Shown here piece after piece: positions 38,589-48,025 of a stretch of DNA of 64,000 nt. Source of the DNA: an uncultured Actinomycetota bacterium (GTDB lineage: Bacteria; Actinomycetota; Actinomycetes; DATJPE01); assembly GCA_963820065.1 (NCBI GenBank), contig CAWFYM010000002.1, positions 27,103 through 91,102 of the forward strand, given 5' to 3'. Position numbers and translations under genes: made by a program. Every line of letters begins with the position of its first letter. The stretch's first letter is position 1. The notes beneath the pieces were generated by a model. The model saw only the letters and a program-made list of their open reading frames with translations. It made no database searches and was not told the DNA's origin.

Positions 38589-40403
38589 CGGGTCAGCCAT
38601 TTCCCTGAGCTGAGCATCCGCGCGAGCAGGTCTTGGTGTGCGTGCGCGGGGGATGCGGATCGTCCCAGCAGCATCGACGACGCTGCTCCAGGCGACTTCG
38701 CGGTCGAGGTCGCCGCAGTCGCCGCCGTCATCGTCGTGGTGCAGCCGGAGCACTGGTCGGGCCGGTTGTGGCGGACGATGCTGGAGTGGAAGGTGATCGG
38801 GTCGCGGGTGTAGATCCCGCCCCCGGCCAGGGTGAGCGCCGGTGACCCGCCGACAGAGTTGCCGGTCACAGCGCACGTGGTCGAGGGTGAGCTCGCTGTT
38901 CATGTCATCGAGGAACGGGAAGGCGCCGTTCCAGATGCCGCCACCCTTGACCTCGCCGCCGGTCCCGAATCCGCGCCCGCGGTTTCCGGTCACGGCGACG
39001 TGGTGCATGGTCAGCCGCGAGTTGACGTAGAGGCCGACACCCCAGACGTATACGTCGCCGTGTGGCGCACGTGCGGTGGTGTTGTTGTCGCTGATCACAC
39101 TGTTGCTCATCGTGAACCTCTTGGAGTTCCCGCACTCTCGCCCGAAGTTCTGGACCGCAGGCATCGCCACGGCGAGGCCATGCCGCGCGGTGATGACGGT
39201 GGAGTTGCCGGTCACGGACAGCCCGCGGATCGTGCCGTGCGCGCACCACCCCATGGCGCCACCCGCTGGCCAGTCGACGGTCTCCTTGACCAGCGACCGC
39301 TGACGGTTGTTGTTGACGGTGCTGTTGACAAGCCTCAGGCGGCTGTAGCCCAACTGCATGCCGGACATCTGAACCCCGGCGCTGCCCTGGGGGTTGTGTA
39401 CGACTGCGACGTTTCGGTCGATGTGGGATGAGCGAATCGTGACGGTGCTTTCGTCGCCTTCGTCGCTGACGTGGATCCCGCCGGAGTTGACCAGCATATC
39501 GGTGGACGACCCGTCTGGGTTGGTGACCGGGTTGGTGCTGGTCAGGCTGGCCTTGTTGGCGCTGACCGAGCTGTGGCGCATGGTCAGAGTCGTGCCGGAC
39601 TGCATGAAGAGGCCGCCGCCTTCGGCGTACCTGCCGTGCGGCGCCACTGCGGACGCGGTGTTGCCGGTGACCGTCGAGTGGTCCAGGGTCAACGCGTTCC
39701 AGCTGACGATGCCCCCGCCGTCGGCGTCGGAGGCCAATGGCCCACCAGCCCGGTTGTTCGACACCGTCGTGCGAACCAAGGTGAGGTCACCCCAGTTGTC
39801 GACCCCACCGCCGAAGGCGCCGGCGAAGGTGCAGAACCCATCCGGGCAGCGCGGCCAGTACTCCTCCTGGTCGGCTGAGGGCAACTTGCTCTCGGTCGGG
39901 GAGACCCGGTTGTTGCGGATGAGGCTGTCGGACACGGTCACTGTGGCGCCCGGACCGAAGTCCTGGCCGGGCATGATGAGCAATCCCGCACCGGAAGCGA
40001 TCGCTCCATCCAGCCCGGCGAACGGGACAGACTCCGGTCCGGAGTGCGCACGGCCCCCGGTCAACGTCAGCCCCGAGACGTGCACGGTCGGCTGCCAGGG
40101 CGCGTCGAACGTCCCCACCGTCAACACATGCGCCCCGCCGACCAGGGCGGTGCGGCCCGCCCCGGCGCCAGCGAGGGTGATGCTCTTGGTGACCACCACC
40201 CCGCCAGCGAACCGGCCCGCGGGGATGCGCACGGTGTCCCCGTGGTGCGCCGCGTTCACCGCCGCCTGCACAGTCGGGTAGCACGCGCCGCGCACCCGCA
40301 CGCACACCGAGCCACCATCCGCAACGGCCTCACCGGCCGGGACGACCACGAGCCCACCGGCCACTGCCACCGCCGCGAACGCGATACCCGCTGCCCGCCT
40401 CAT
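38585..40403 (-). pseudogene. Secreted right-handed parallel beta-helix repeat protein, one +1 frameshift near 38870 as written
   Basis: Signal peptide MRRAAGIAFAAVAVAGGLVVVPAGEAVA and repeated VTGN...GGG(I/L) units. After LTLDHVR the repeat continues in the next frame (VTGNSVGGSPALTLAGGGIYTRD...) and stops at 38585. Confidence 0.7.
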
Positions 40404-40739
40404 CGCAGCGCTCCAAAGAGATAGCCGCAGGCAGGCGCGAAACCCATGGCCCGCAGCGGACACACCGAAGAGACAGACACCTCAACCATGCTGGTAGTCA
40501 CAGAGAACTCCTCGAAAAGGTCGGGTCTTGACGGACAACGCTCGTGGAGGATGGCGCTTCGCCTGTCACACGCACTAGGGGCCGGAGTCCCACCCACCCG
40601 GGAACATTTCCCGAAACTAGGAGGCAGCTCAGACCCCCTACATCCGTGCCAGCAGAACAAGAAATCTCAGCGCTAGCACCAACCCGGTCGAGAGCAGAAC
40701 ACGAGGACCGAGCTCGGGGCATCTGCATCTCCTAGAGTT

Positions 40740-40766
40740 ATTCACTAGTGTTCGGCACTAGTGAAT
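40740..40766. promoter_or_regulatory. Perfect 11-5-11 inverted repeat, candidate TetR autoregulatory operator
   Basis: ATTCACTAGTG-ttcgg-CACTAGTGAAT, where each arm contains the palindrome CACTAGTG. It overlaps the first possible start of the TetR ORF. Confidence 0.55.
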
Positions 40767-41442
40767 GAGACGGATACTGTTCCTCTGGATGGCACCTGTC
40801 AAGAGGGACCCTGGGACCCCAATCACTGGGCACCCATTGACGCGCGCAGAGCGAGCGGCGGCAACGAGGCGGCGGATCGTCGAAGCGGCCAGTCGGCTAT
40901 TGGTCGAACGTGGTTGGCGCAGCACGACCATGGCCGCGGTTGCCGACGCGGCGGGGGTGGCCGTCCAAACGGTGTATTTCGTTTTCCACACCAAGCAGAA
41001 ACTGCTCGCTGACGTCTACGACTACGCCGTCCTTGGCGACGTCGGCGCGCCTCCGCCCGACGCACAGCTGTGGTTCACGGCCGTGCTCGAAGATCCCGAC
41101 CCTCGCCACGGCCTGCAGCTGTTCGTGGAAGGAAACGCCAGGATCCTCGTGCGCGTCGGCCCGTTGGTCCACGTCCTGCTGGCCAGCGGTGAGCCGGACG
41201 TCCGCGCCCTGTTCGACAGCCGGGAACAACTCCGTCACCAGGCGTTCGCCGCGTACGTCGAGAGCCTGCGCAGCCGGGGTCACCTACGAAGGGGCCTCGA
41301 CTCCTCCCGAGCCACCGACATCCTGCACGTGCTGCTCGGCCCCCAGCTCTTCGCCTCGGTCGCCGATCTCGGGTGGACCGCCGAGGAATGGACAACCTGG
41401 ATCACCTCGACCACCGCCCAACAGATCCTCGAGCAACCCTGA
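40765..41442 (+). CDS. TetR-family transcriptional regulator
   Basis: RRRIVEAASRLLVERGWRSTTMAAVADAAGVAVQTVYFVFHTKQKLL. The real start is probably the ATG at 40789 (MAPVKRD). Confidence 0.85.
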   Translation: MRRILFLWMAPVKRDPGTPITGHPLTRAERAAATRRRIVEAASRLLVERGWRSTTMAAVADAAGVAVQTVYFVFHTKQKLLADVYDYAVLGDVGAPPPDAQLWFTAVLEDPDPRHGLQLFVEGNARILVRVGPLVHVLLASGEPDVRALFDSREQLRHQAFAAYVESLRSRGHLRRGLDSSRATDILHVLLGPQLFASVADLGWTAEEWTTWITSTTAQQILEQP

Positions 41443-41906
41443 GTTCGTGCCCAACGCCCGGCGCTGGGACTCACGCAGTGAGCATGACCTCGCTCATCGG
41501 CCGGCGTGGGGCAGTAGGCGGAACCTCGCCGTACCCCAGCCGAAGCAGGGACTGCGGATAGGCCCATCCACCGTTCGGGTCCCGAACCATCGGCGAGGAG
41601 GACGAGGAGCAGCGCGTTGTCCTCGAAGTCTGCGACCGACCGCTCCGGGACACGGGTCGACATGGCAAAGTCGCGGACCAGGGATGATGTGACTACCGGC
41701 CGGGGGTGAACCCGTCGACGAAGGCAACAACTCAGTCATGGTGGTCGTCATGGGAACTCCCTCAGCGCTGGATCCGCCCCTGGTGAACTAGATCCCTGCA
41801 GGCTGGTGCTCCGGAGGTCCCGGGTGCTAGGGCATGGGGTCCCGGTCGACCGGAATCCTTCCCGCCCCGCGTGGGTGGCGAGAAGGTTCGCAGCTCACGG
41901 TGTTCT

Positions 41907-43184
41907 TCAGGCTTCCACGAGGGCGCGAAAGAAGTCGTTGTCGAATCGGTGTTGCGGATCCCAACGTTCGCGCAACGCGACGAAGTCACCGAAACGCGGG
42001 TACGTCTCGCGCACCTGCTTCGCATTGGACGTGAACAACTTGCCCCAGTGCGGGCGTGCCTCGAAGGGTGCAAGCACCGCCTCGACTGTCTCGAGGACGG
42101 GCAGGACAGCGTCGACGTCGTCCGCCCAGGTGAAGTGCAGAGCGACGCTGTCCCGTCCGTGGCAGGGACTGAGCCAGAGCGAGTCGCTCGCCACCGTGCG
42201 AATCTCGCTGACCTGAAGAACCGGGGCGATGCTGGAGGCGATGCTCTTCAGCGCCAGGAGCGCATTCCTCGCGTGCGCCCGGTCCACGAGGTATTCGCTC
42301 TGGAGCTCGTGGCCGCTACTCGGTGTGAAGTCGGGCCTGAAGTGAGGTATCCGCTCGAACCACGGCCCGGCGATCCCGCCCTGCTGCGTGCAAGCCTCGG
42401 TGGGCATGCCGGGCACGGGATGCCGCCGAGACATCGCGGCACGCGCGGTCGACCAGCTCAGCTCGACTCCGGGATCAGCCGTGTCCCGTTTCACCCACAC
42501 CTGCTCGAAGCGATCGTTCGCCCAGCTGGTGAAAAGGCTGACGCTTCGTGCGCAGTCCATGAGTTCGTCGAAGTGATCGAGCGCCTCGTCGAACGGTAGG
42601 TCGTCCCACACCGTTTGCTTGACGTCGTAGGTCGGAACCAGAGCGAGCTCGGCCCGGACGACGACACCGAGAGCGCCTAGGGCCACGACGGTCCCGTCGA
42701 AATCTGGCTCGCCTCGACTGACGACTCGAAGGTCGCCGTCGGCGGTGACGATCTCCAGCGAATGCGCGGCGGTCGCGAGGCATCCGAGCCCGGAGCCGGA
42801 TCCATGGGTGCCGGTGGCCAGCGAGCCAGCAACAGAGATGTGTGGCAGTGAGCCCATGTTGGCGAGGGCCATCCCGGCGGCCTGAACCAGCGGCGCCAGT
42901 TCACCCCAGCGGACCTGTCCACCGACCGTCACGGTCTGCGCGTCTGCGTTGATGGCCACCGCAGCGGGCATGCGGTCGAGCGCGATCAACACACCTTCGG
43001 TGTCTGCGACGGTCGAGAATGAATGACCGGTGCCGAGTGCGTGGGCATGGCGGGAGGACGCAACGAGCTCGCGGAGCTCGTCCAGGGATCGAGGGTGCTC
43101 GACCCGGCCGGCGGCAAAGTGGACGTTGCCTGCCCAGTTGCGAAGCGCGTCCCTCTCGCTGATGCTCATTTGGGCGACTCGCAA
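41907..43184 (-). CDS. FAD-linked sugar-1,4-lactone / alditol oxidase (ALO family)
   Basis: NWAGNVHFAAGRVEHPRSLDELRELV...HALGTGHSFS, plus the C-terminal ALO domain (RPHWGKLF). Confidence 0.85.
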   Translation of the reverse strand: MRVAQMSISERDALRNWAGNVHFAAGRVEHPRSLDELRELVASSRHAHALGTGHSFSTVADTEGVLIALDRMPAAVAINADAQTVTVGGQVRWGELAPLVQAAGMALANMGSLPHISVAGSLATGTHGSGSGLGCLATAAHSLEIVTADGDLRVVSRGEPDFDGTVVALGALGVVVRAELALVPTYDVKQTVWDDLPFDEALDHFDELMDCARSVSLFTSWANDRFEQVWVKRDTADPGVELSWSTARAAMSRRHPVPGMPTEACTQQGGIAGPWFERIPHFRPDFTPSSGHELQSEYLVDRAHARNALLALKSIASSIAPVLQVSEIRTVASDSLWLSPCHGRDSVALHFTWADDVDAVLPVLETVEAVLAPFEARPHWGKLFTSNAKQVRETYPRFGDFVALRERWDPQHRFDNDFFRALVEA

Positions 43185-43306
43185 GATTCATGGGAGCTGG
43201 CCGAGCCCCGCGGTGAGCCGATCCTAGGGTCGGGGCTCGGGCCGCTTCCAACGTAAGTGCGCCGCGCCCGTCGGACGGCGCAACTGATCGCGGGTGGGAG
43301 ACGACG

Positions 43307-44428
43307 ATGACGATTCCTCTTCCTGACGACGCCCACGTCCTGCTGACACCCCCAGACTCTGACGAGGTCACCCAGGTAGCGGGTGGGGTTCTTGCGGCAG
43401 TAGCAGGGGAGCAGGGTCCCACCGAGCTTCAGCGGCTGCTTGTCACGGCCCTGTTCACGGCCATGACCGGTCACGAGCCAGACTTGTCGACTGCTGGCCC
43501 GGCCGATGCGCAGGAGTTCGCACGCGTCCTTGCGCGACGGAACGAGGCCTACCGACGGCGCATCGTGCAGGTGATGGCGCTGTCCGCACTCGTGGTCCAT
43601 CCGCTCCCAACCACTGTTTCCGACCGCCTCGATGCCTACGCGGACGCGCTCGGCGTCCACGACGGGCTTCTCCGCGCCGCGCGCGACCTAAGCACCCACT
43701 CGATGGCCTTGGTCCAGGTCGACTTCGACCGCAACGGCTACCTCCAAGAGGCGGCAGGCACCCTGGCCGGGACGAACGGGATCGCGGAGGTCTGGGGACT
43801 GGCCGAAGATGACCCTGGACTAGCCGCGCGTTGGTCCGCGCTGGGAGACCTGCCTCCTGACAGCCTCGGTCGCAGGGTCCACGACTTCTACCTGGCGCGC
43901 GGATTCGAGTTTCCGGGTCGACCTGGATCAGCACCGCCGTTGCTGGCTCAGCACGATTGGGTCCACGTGCTGGCCGACTACGGGACGACCGTGGAGAACG
44001 AACTCGAGGTCTTCGGGTTTATCGCACGCGCCAATGACGACCCGCGGGCGTTCAGCCTGCTCGCTATGGTCGTCAGCCTCTTCGAAACGGGCGCCCTCGC
44101 GCGAGGGGCAGGCCTGTTTGAGGCTGACGCCGGTCACCTGTCGCGAACGGGTATGACTCGTCGATTGGGGGATGCCATGCGACGCGGCGCATTGTGCAGG
44201 GGCAGCAACGACTTCCTGGCGCTGGACTGGTTTGCCCTGGCAGACCGCCCAGTCGCCGTCGTGCGGCAGGAGCTGGCCCTTCCCGACAAGAGCCCGATAG
44301 CACGGTCGATGGGCAGCACCGGCCCGTGGCAGCCAGGGGGCATCAGCGCGTACCAGTGGGAGGCGGGGCACCAGAAGGCTGACCGCGAGGGCCGAGAGTA
44401 CGACGGGTACGGCGCGGCTCTCGGCTAG
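43307..44428 (+). CDS. Hypothetical protein with a Coq4-type HDxxH-x11-E motif
   Basis: 373-aa ORF. LAQHDWVHVLADYGTTVENELEVFGF contains H-D-x-x-H then 11 residues then E. Confidence 0.6.
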   Translation: MTIPLPDDAHVLLTPPDSDEVTQVAGGVLAAVAGEQGPTELQRLLVTALFTAMTGHEPDLSTAGPADAQEFARVLARRNEAYRRRIVQVMALSALVVHPLPTTVSDRLDAYADALGVHDGLLRAARDLSTHSMALVQVDFDRNGYLQEAAGTLAGTNGIAEVWGLAEDDPGLAARWSALGDLPPDSLGRRVHDFYLARGFEFPGRPGSAPPLLAQHDWVHVLADYGTTVENELEVFGFIARANDDPRAFSLLAMVVSLFETGALARGAGLFEADAGHLSRTGMTRRLGDAMRRGALCRGSNDFLALDWFALADRPVAVVRQELALPDKSPIARSMGSTGPWQPGGISAYQWEAGHQKADREGREYDGYGAALG

Positions 44429-44486
44429 GGCTGTCAAACCTTGGGCTTTCGCCCGTTGATCTCCTCGGCGTCCCTTGCTTCCGCGG

Positions 44487-45155
44487 TCACACCTGCGGCC
44501 GGCCGAGGCCAGCCTCCCGCGCCCGGATGATGGCCTCGGCTCGGTCGGCGACCGACAGCTTGGCGAAGATCGCCGAGATGTGGTTGCTCACTGTCTTCGT
44601 GCTGATCACTAGTTGCTGCGCGATGGCGGTGTTCGACCGACCAGCGGCGACGAGGTCGAGGACCTCGCGCTCGCGAGACGTCAGCTCCGGGAACGGCGCG
44701 GCTGCCGTCGCCGCTTGGTGACCGCGGGCGAAGAAATCGATGATGCGGCTCGCTACTGAGGGTCCGAAGACGGCCTGCCCGGCGGCGACCGCCCTGATGG
44801 AACGCAGGATCTCCTCCTGCTGGGCGCCCTTGACAACATACCCTGACGCTCCGGCTCGCATGGCTGCGAAGACTGAGTCGTCGTCCTCCAGCATGGTCAG
44901 CACGAGGACTCGGGTTCCCGGCGAGCTGCGCATGATCGCCCGCGTGGCGTCGACCCCGTTCGTCCCCGGCATGTTGAGGTCCATGATGACGACGTCGGGG
45001 TGGGTGAGCTGGACCTCGCGGTGGGCAGCCTCACCGTCGCCCGCCTCGCCGACCACGTCGATGTCGGGCAGCGAGGCGGCCAGCGCCCGGAGACCGTCAC
45101 GCATGAGCGGGTGGTCATCGACGATGACCATCCGAATGATCGACGGCTCGTTCAT
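44487..45155 (-). CDS. NarL/LuxR-family response regulator
   Basis: ATG at 45155 overlaps the kinase stop (ATGA). Receiver IRMVIVDDHPLMRDGL and HTH LTSREREVLDLVAAGRSNTAIAQQLVISTKTVSNHISAIF. Confidence 0.9.
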   Translation of the reverse strand: MNEPSIIRMVIVDDHPLMRDGLRALAASLPDIDVVGEAGDGEAAHREVQLTHPDVVIMDLNMPGTNGVDATRAIMRSSPGTRVLVLTMLEDDDSVFAAMRAGASGYVVKGAQQEEILRSIRAVAAGQAVFGPSVASRIIDFFARGHQAATAAAPFPELTSREREVLDLVAAGRSNTAIAQQLVISTKTVSNHISAIFAKLSVADRAEAIIRAREAGLGRPQV

Positions 45156-47116
45156 GCGGGGTTCAAGGGAAGGACGGCGTGGACCCACCCGCCCTGGTCG
45201 GTCGGGCCAGCGGTCAGGCGACCGCCGAGCTCGGTGGCACGCTCGTTCATGGACATCAGTCCGATGCCCTGCTCCCAGGGCGCTGCTGGTCTTCCCCCGT
45301 CGTCGCTAACTTCCACGTGTAGGCCACCGTCGACCCGAACGGTGATGGCACAACAACGGGCATGGGAGTGGCGCAAGGTGTTGGTCACCGCCTCAGCCGC
45401 GATCCTGTACGCCGCTACCTCCACCGCCGCAGGCATCGAGGGCAAGGACGCTGGGGCGTCGATCGTCACCCGGAACGACCCGTCGTCCCTTCGCCAGGCG
45501 TGGTCGGCGCGCTGGCGCAGCGCACCGACCAGACCGAGCTCGTCGAGGGCCTGGGGACGGAGGTCTTGGACGAGGCGCCGGATCTCGTCGATGGTCGAGG
45601 TGAGGTCCGACCGTAGCTGGACCAACAGCTCGGCGGTCTGATGGGGATCAGAGGAGGAAAGGTTGTGGGCGGCATCGACCTTAAGGGTGACCGCGGTGAG
45701 AGCGCTCCCCAAGCCGTCGTGCAGGTCCCGTCGCAGTCGGCGTCGCTCTTCCTCTCGAGCGGTGACGATCCGGGCCCGCGAATCCTGCAGCTCATGTGAC
45801 AGGTTGACCGCCTGCCAGGCCAAGGTGATCGGCGCAACGAGCATCGTGAGGGCTCGGCGGTCGGCGGCAGACAGGTGAGACTCCCCGGGCCGCAAACCGA
45901 TCAAGAGGTCCGCGTCAGGTCCGTCCGGGACATCGAGGGCGAAGGTTTCGGCGTGCTCCGGTAGCCGGCCATGGTCGGTCACGACCCGGCCCCCTGCGAT
46001 CACGGCGACGTACGGGAGGCGCAGCGTGTCGCAGACCGCGGCTAGGACTCCGTCCAACCCGTCTCCCAGGCGAACGACAACCCGGGCGGTGGCGTCCGAA
46101 GGGTCGCGCCGGCGGCCGTACAACAAGTGGTCCACGCTCGACTGCAGACGAGAACGAACCGGCGCGAAAGCCACCGCGATAGCGCCGACGGCGACCAAGG
46201 GGGCGGCCTCCGTGTGCTGGGTGGAGAAGTCGCCGAGAAGCGCCACTAGCCCCAGGTAGGAAGCGACGACGCCTGCCGTCAGGAGACCGTAGACGATCGA
46301 CCGGTTGACGATCAGCGAGATGTCGTAAAGCTCGTAGCGAACGATCGCGACGGTGGCAGCCGCGGGGATCAAGGCCATCGTCAGCAAGAAAAGAACCGGC
46401 CCATTCGTGGTAACCAGGCGTTGCGCGTTGAGCAGCACGAACACGCTGACGGCCCAGAGCAACCACATCACCTGAAGCCGTTCCACCCCAGTGGAGCGAC
46501 GCGCTCGTAGGCCAAGCGACACCACGCTGATGAGCAGCACGAGCAGTCCGAGGCCGACGAAGAACGGCAGCACGCCCGACGCGACCTGTCCTGCGCCGTC
46601 TGGGAGCAGGGGTCCACTGTCCGCGATCTCCTCCTCGGCCAGGGCGTCAGGTCGGAGAACGAGAAGTGGCGCAGTCACCGTCAACCCGAGCGTCACGGCG
46701 ACCAGCCACCGCCAGCGATCCGAAAGCGGGCGACCGTCCGGAAATAGCTGCAGGATCAGGGGAAGACAGACGAGCGGCGCGGGAATCCAGATACTGATGC
46801 CGACGGCGGTGAAGGCGCGCTCCCAAGCCGGGCTCAGGTCGCCGACGCCCGTGACTATTCCGAGGCAGGCGACGCTGGCGGTGTAGCAGGCACCGAAGGC
46901 CACGAACAGGCGGCCGATCGGGTGCCCAGAGCGTTGGCTGAGGACGAGGACTCCGAACCCGGTGAAGGTCAGCGCCATGACGGAGTTCGACAGGAGGTAC
47001 GAGTCCGCCGCGTCACTCAGCGTGAAACCGCCAGCGAGCCACGACACCCAGGCGCCGAAGACCAGCAGCACCGTGAGAGCAGCCGCCACGGCGGGAAGTC
47101 GCCCCTTCGCGGTCAT
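45152..47116 (-). CDS. Sensor histidine kinase (HisKA_3), paralogue of the kinases at 127 and 34415
   Basis: 654-aa ORF with a polytopic N-terminus. Motif IPAAATVAIVRYELYDISLIVNR, H-box EERRRLRRDLHDGLGSALTA and an ATPase domain. Confidence 0.85.
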   Translation of the reverse strand: MTAKGRLPAVAAALTVLLVFGAWVSWLAGGFTLSDAADSYLLSNSVMALTFTGFGVLVLSQRSGHPIGRLFVAFGACYTASVACLGIVTGVGDLSPAWERAFTAVGISIWIPAPLVCLPLILQLFPDGRPLSDRWRWLVAVTLGLTVTAPLLVLRPDALAEEEIADSGPLLPDGAGQVASGVLPFFVGLGLLVLLISVVSLGLRARRSTGVERLQVMWLLWAVSVFVLLNAQRLVTTNGPVLFLLTMALIPAAATVAIVRYELYDISLIVNRSIVYGLLTAGVVASYLGLVALLGDFSTQHTEAAPLVAVGAIAVAFAPVRSRLQSSVDHLLYGRRRDPSDATARVVVRLGDGLDGVLAAVCDTLRLPYVAVIAGGRVVTDHGRLPEHAETFALDVPDGPDADLLIGLRPGESHLSAADRRALTMLVAPITLAWQAVNLSHELQDSRARIVTAREEERRRLRRDLHDGLGSALTAVTLKVDAAHNLSSSDPHQTAELLVQLRSDLTSTIDEIRRLVQDLRPQALDELGLVGALRQRADHAWRRDDGSFRVTIDAPASLPSMPAAVEVAAYRIAAEAVTNTLRHSHARCCAITVRVDGGLHVEVSDDGGRPAAPWEQGIGLMSMNERATELGGRLTAGPTDQGGWVHAVLPLNPA

Positions 47117-47269
47117 GGCTCATTGTGCGCCCGTGGTTGCCACCTTGGGGTAGGGGCAAGCACCCATCTCCAGTAGGAGAAGCCGGGACAGATGGGTGGG
47201 CGACCCCGCGACAGCCAGCTGCGGTCTGGCCCACAGTCGAGCCAACACGATGACAAACGAGGAGCCACC

Positions 47270-48007
47270 ATGTCTGTTTCCAGGGGATCGATCCCAGCCG
47301 CTCCGCCTCACAGCGGGGAAGCGGAGCCGACTCTGCACGACACTCGACGGTTCTGGCGGATCCTGCTCGCGATCATCGCCCCGCTCCCGATGTTGGCGAA
47401 GGCAGCTGACTACTTGCTCTACCCGACCCCGTCGGACGACTCGTTCGCCGCAAGCGTCGAAGCCTTTGCAGCCCATGAGAAATTGGTCGTCGTTCTGCAG
47501 TGGCTCGACGCGGTCTTCGTGGTCGGCCTAATCCCAGCGGTTGCCGCCGTCGCCTGGGCGACACGGCGAGCCACGCCACGGCTGACCACGGTGGCCGCGT
47601 TCATCACCATGTCTGGCTTCCTCGCAGCGATCGCCATCCTCCCCAATGGGGACCGTGACGCCTTGGTCACCGTTCAAAACGGCTTGGACGTGGCGGCGGT
47701 CGGTCGGCTGAGCGACGCGTTGGACTCCAACCCCGTCGTCGGCCTCGCCTCGCTCGGGTTCATCGTCGCGCTGCTCATCGGATTGCCTCTTCTGGGGCTT
47801 GCGTTGTGGCGCAGCCGGGTTGCCCCAGCCTGGATGGGGATCGCCCTGATCGTCGGTGCGTTCACGCACCCCTTTCTCCAGGTGAGCCACGTCCTCGTGG
47901 CCGCCGGGCTCGTCGTGGCGGCGGTCGGTTTCGGGGGCGCGACCGTGGCGTTGCTTCGTCAGTCGGACCACGAGTTCGACCTGCCGCCTATCGCGGTCGC
48001 ACCGTGA
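47270..48007 (+). CDS. 245-aa DUF4386-like membrane protein, paralogue B
   Basis: GAGGAG then ATG at 47270. LWRSRVAPAWMG and the C-terminal LRQSDHEFDLPP. Same length and layout as the protein at 36562. Confidence 0.7.
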   Translation: MSVSRGSIPAAPPHSGEAEPTLHDTRRFWRILLAIIAPLPMLAKAADYLLYPTPSDDSFAASVEAFAAHEKLVVVLQWLDAVFVVGLIPAVAAVAWATRRATPRLTTVAAFITMSGFLAAIAILPNGDRDALVTVQNGLDVAAVGRLSDALDSNPVVGLASLGFIVALLIGLPLLGLALWRSRVAPAWMGIALIVGAFTHPFLQVSHVLVAAGLVVAAVGFGGATVALLRQSDHEFDLPPIAVAP

Positions 48008-48025
48008 CGTCACCGCAGACCCAGA

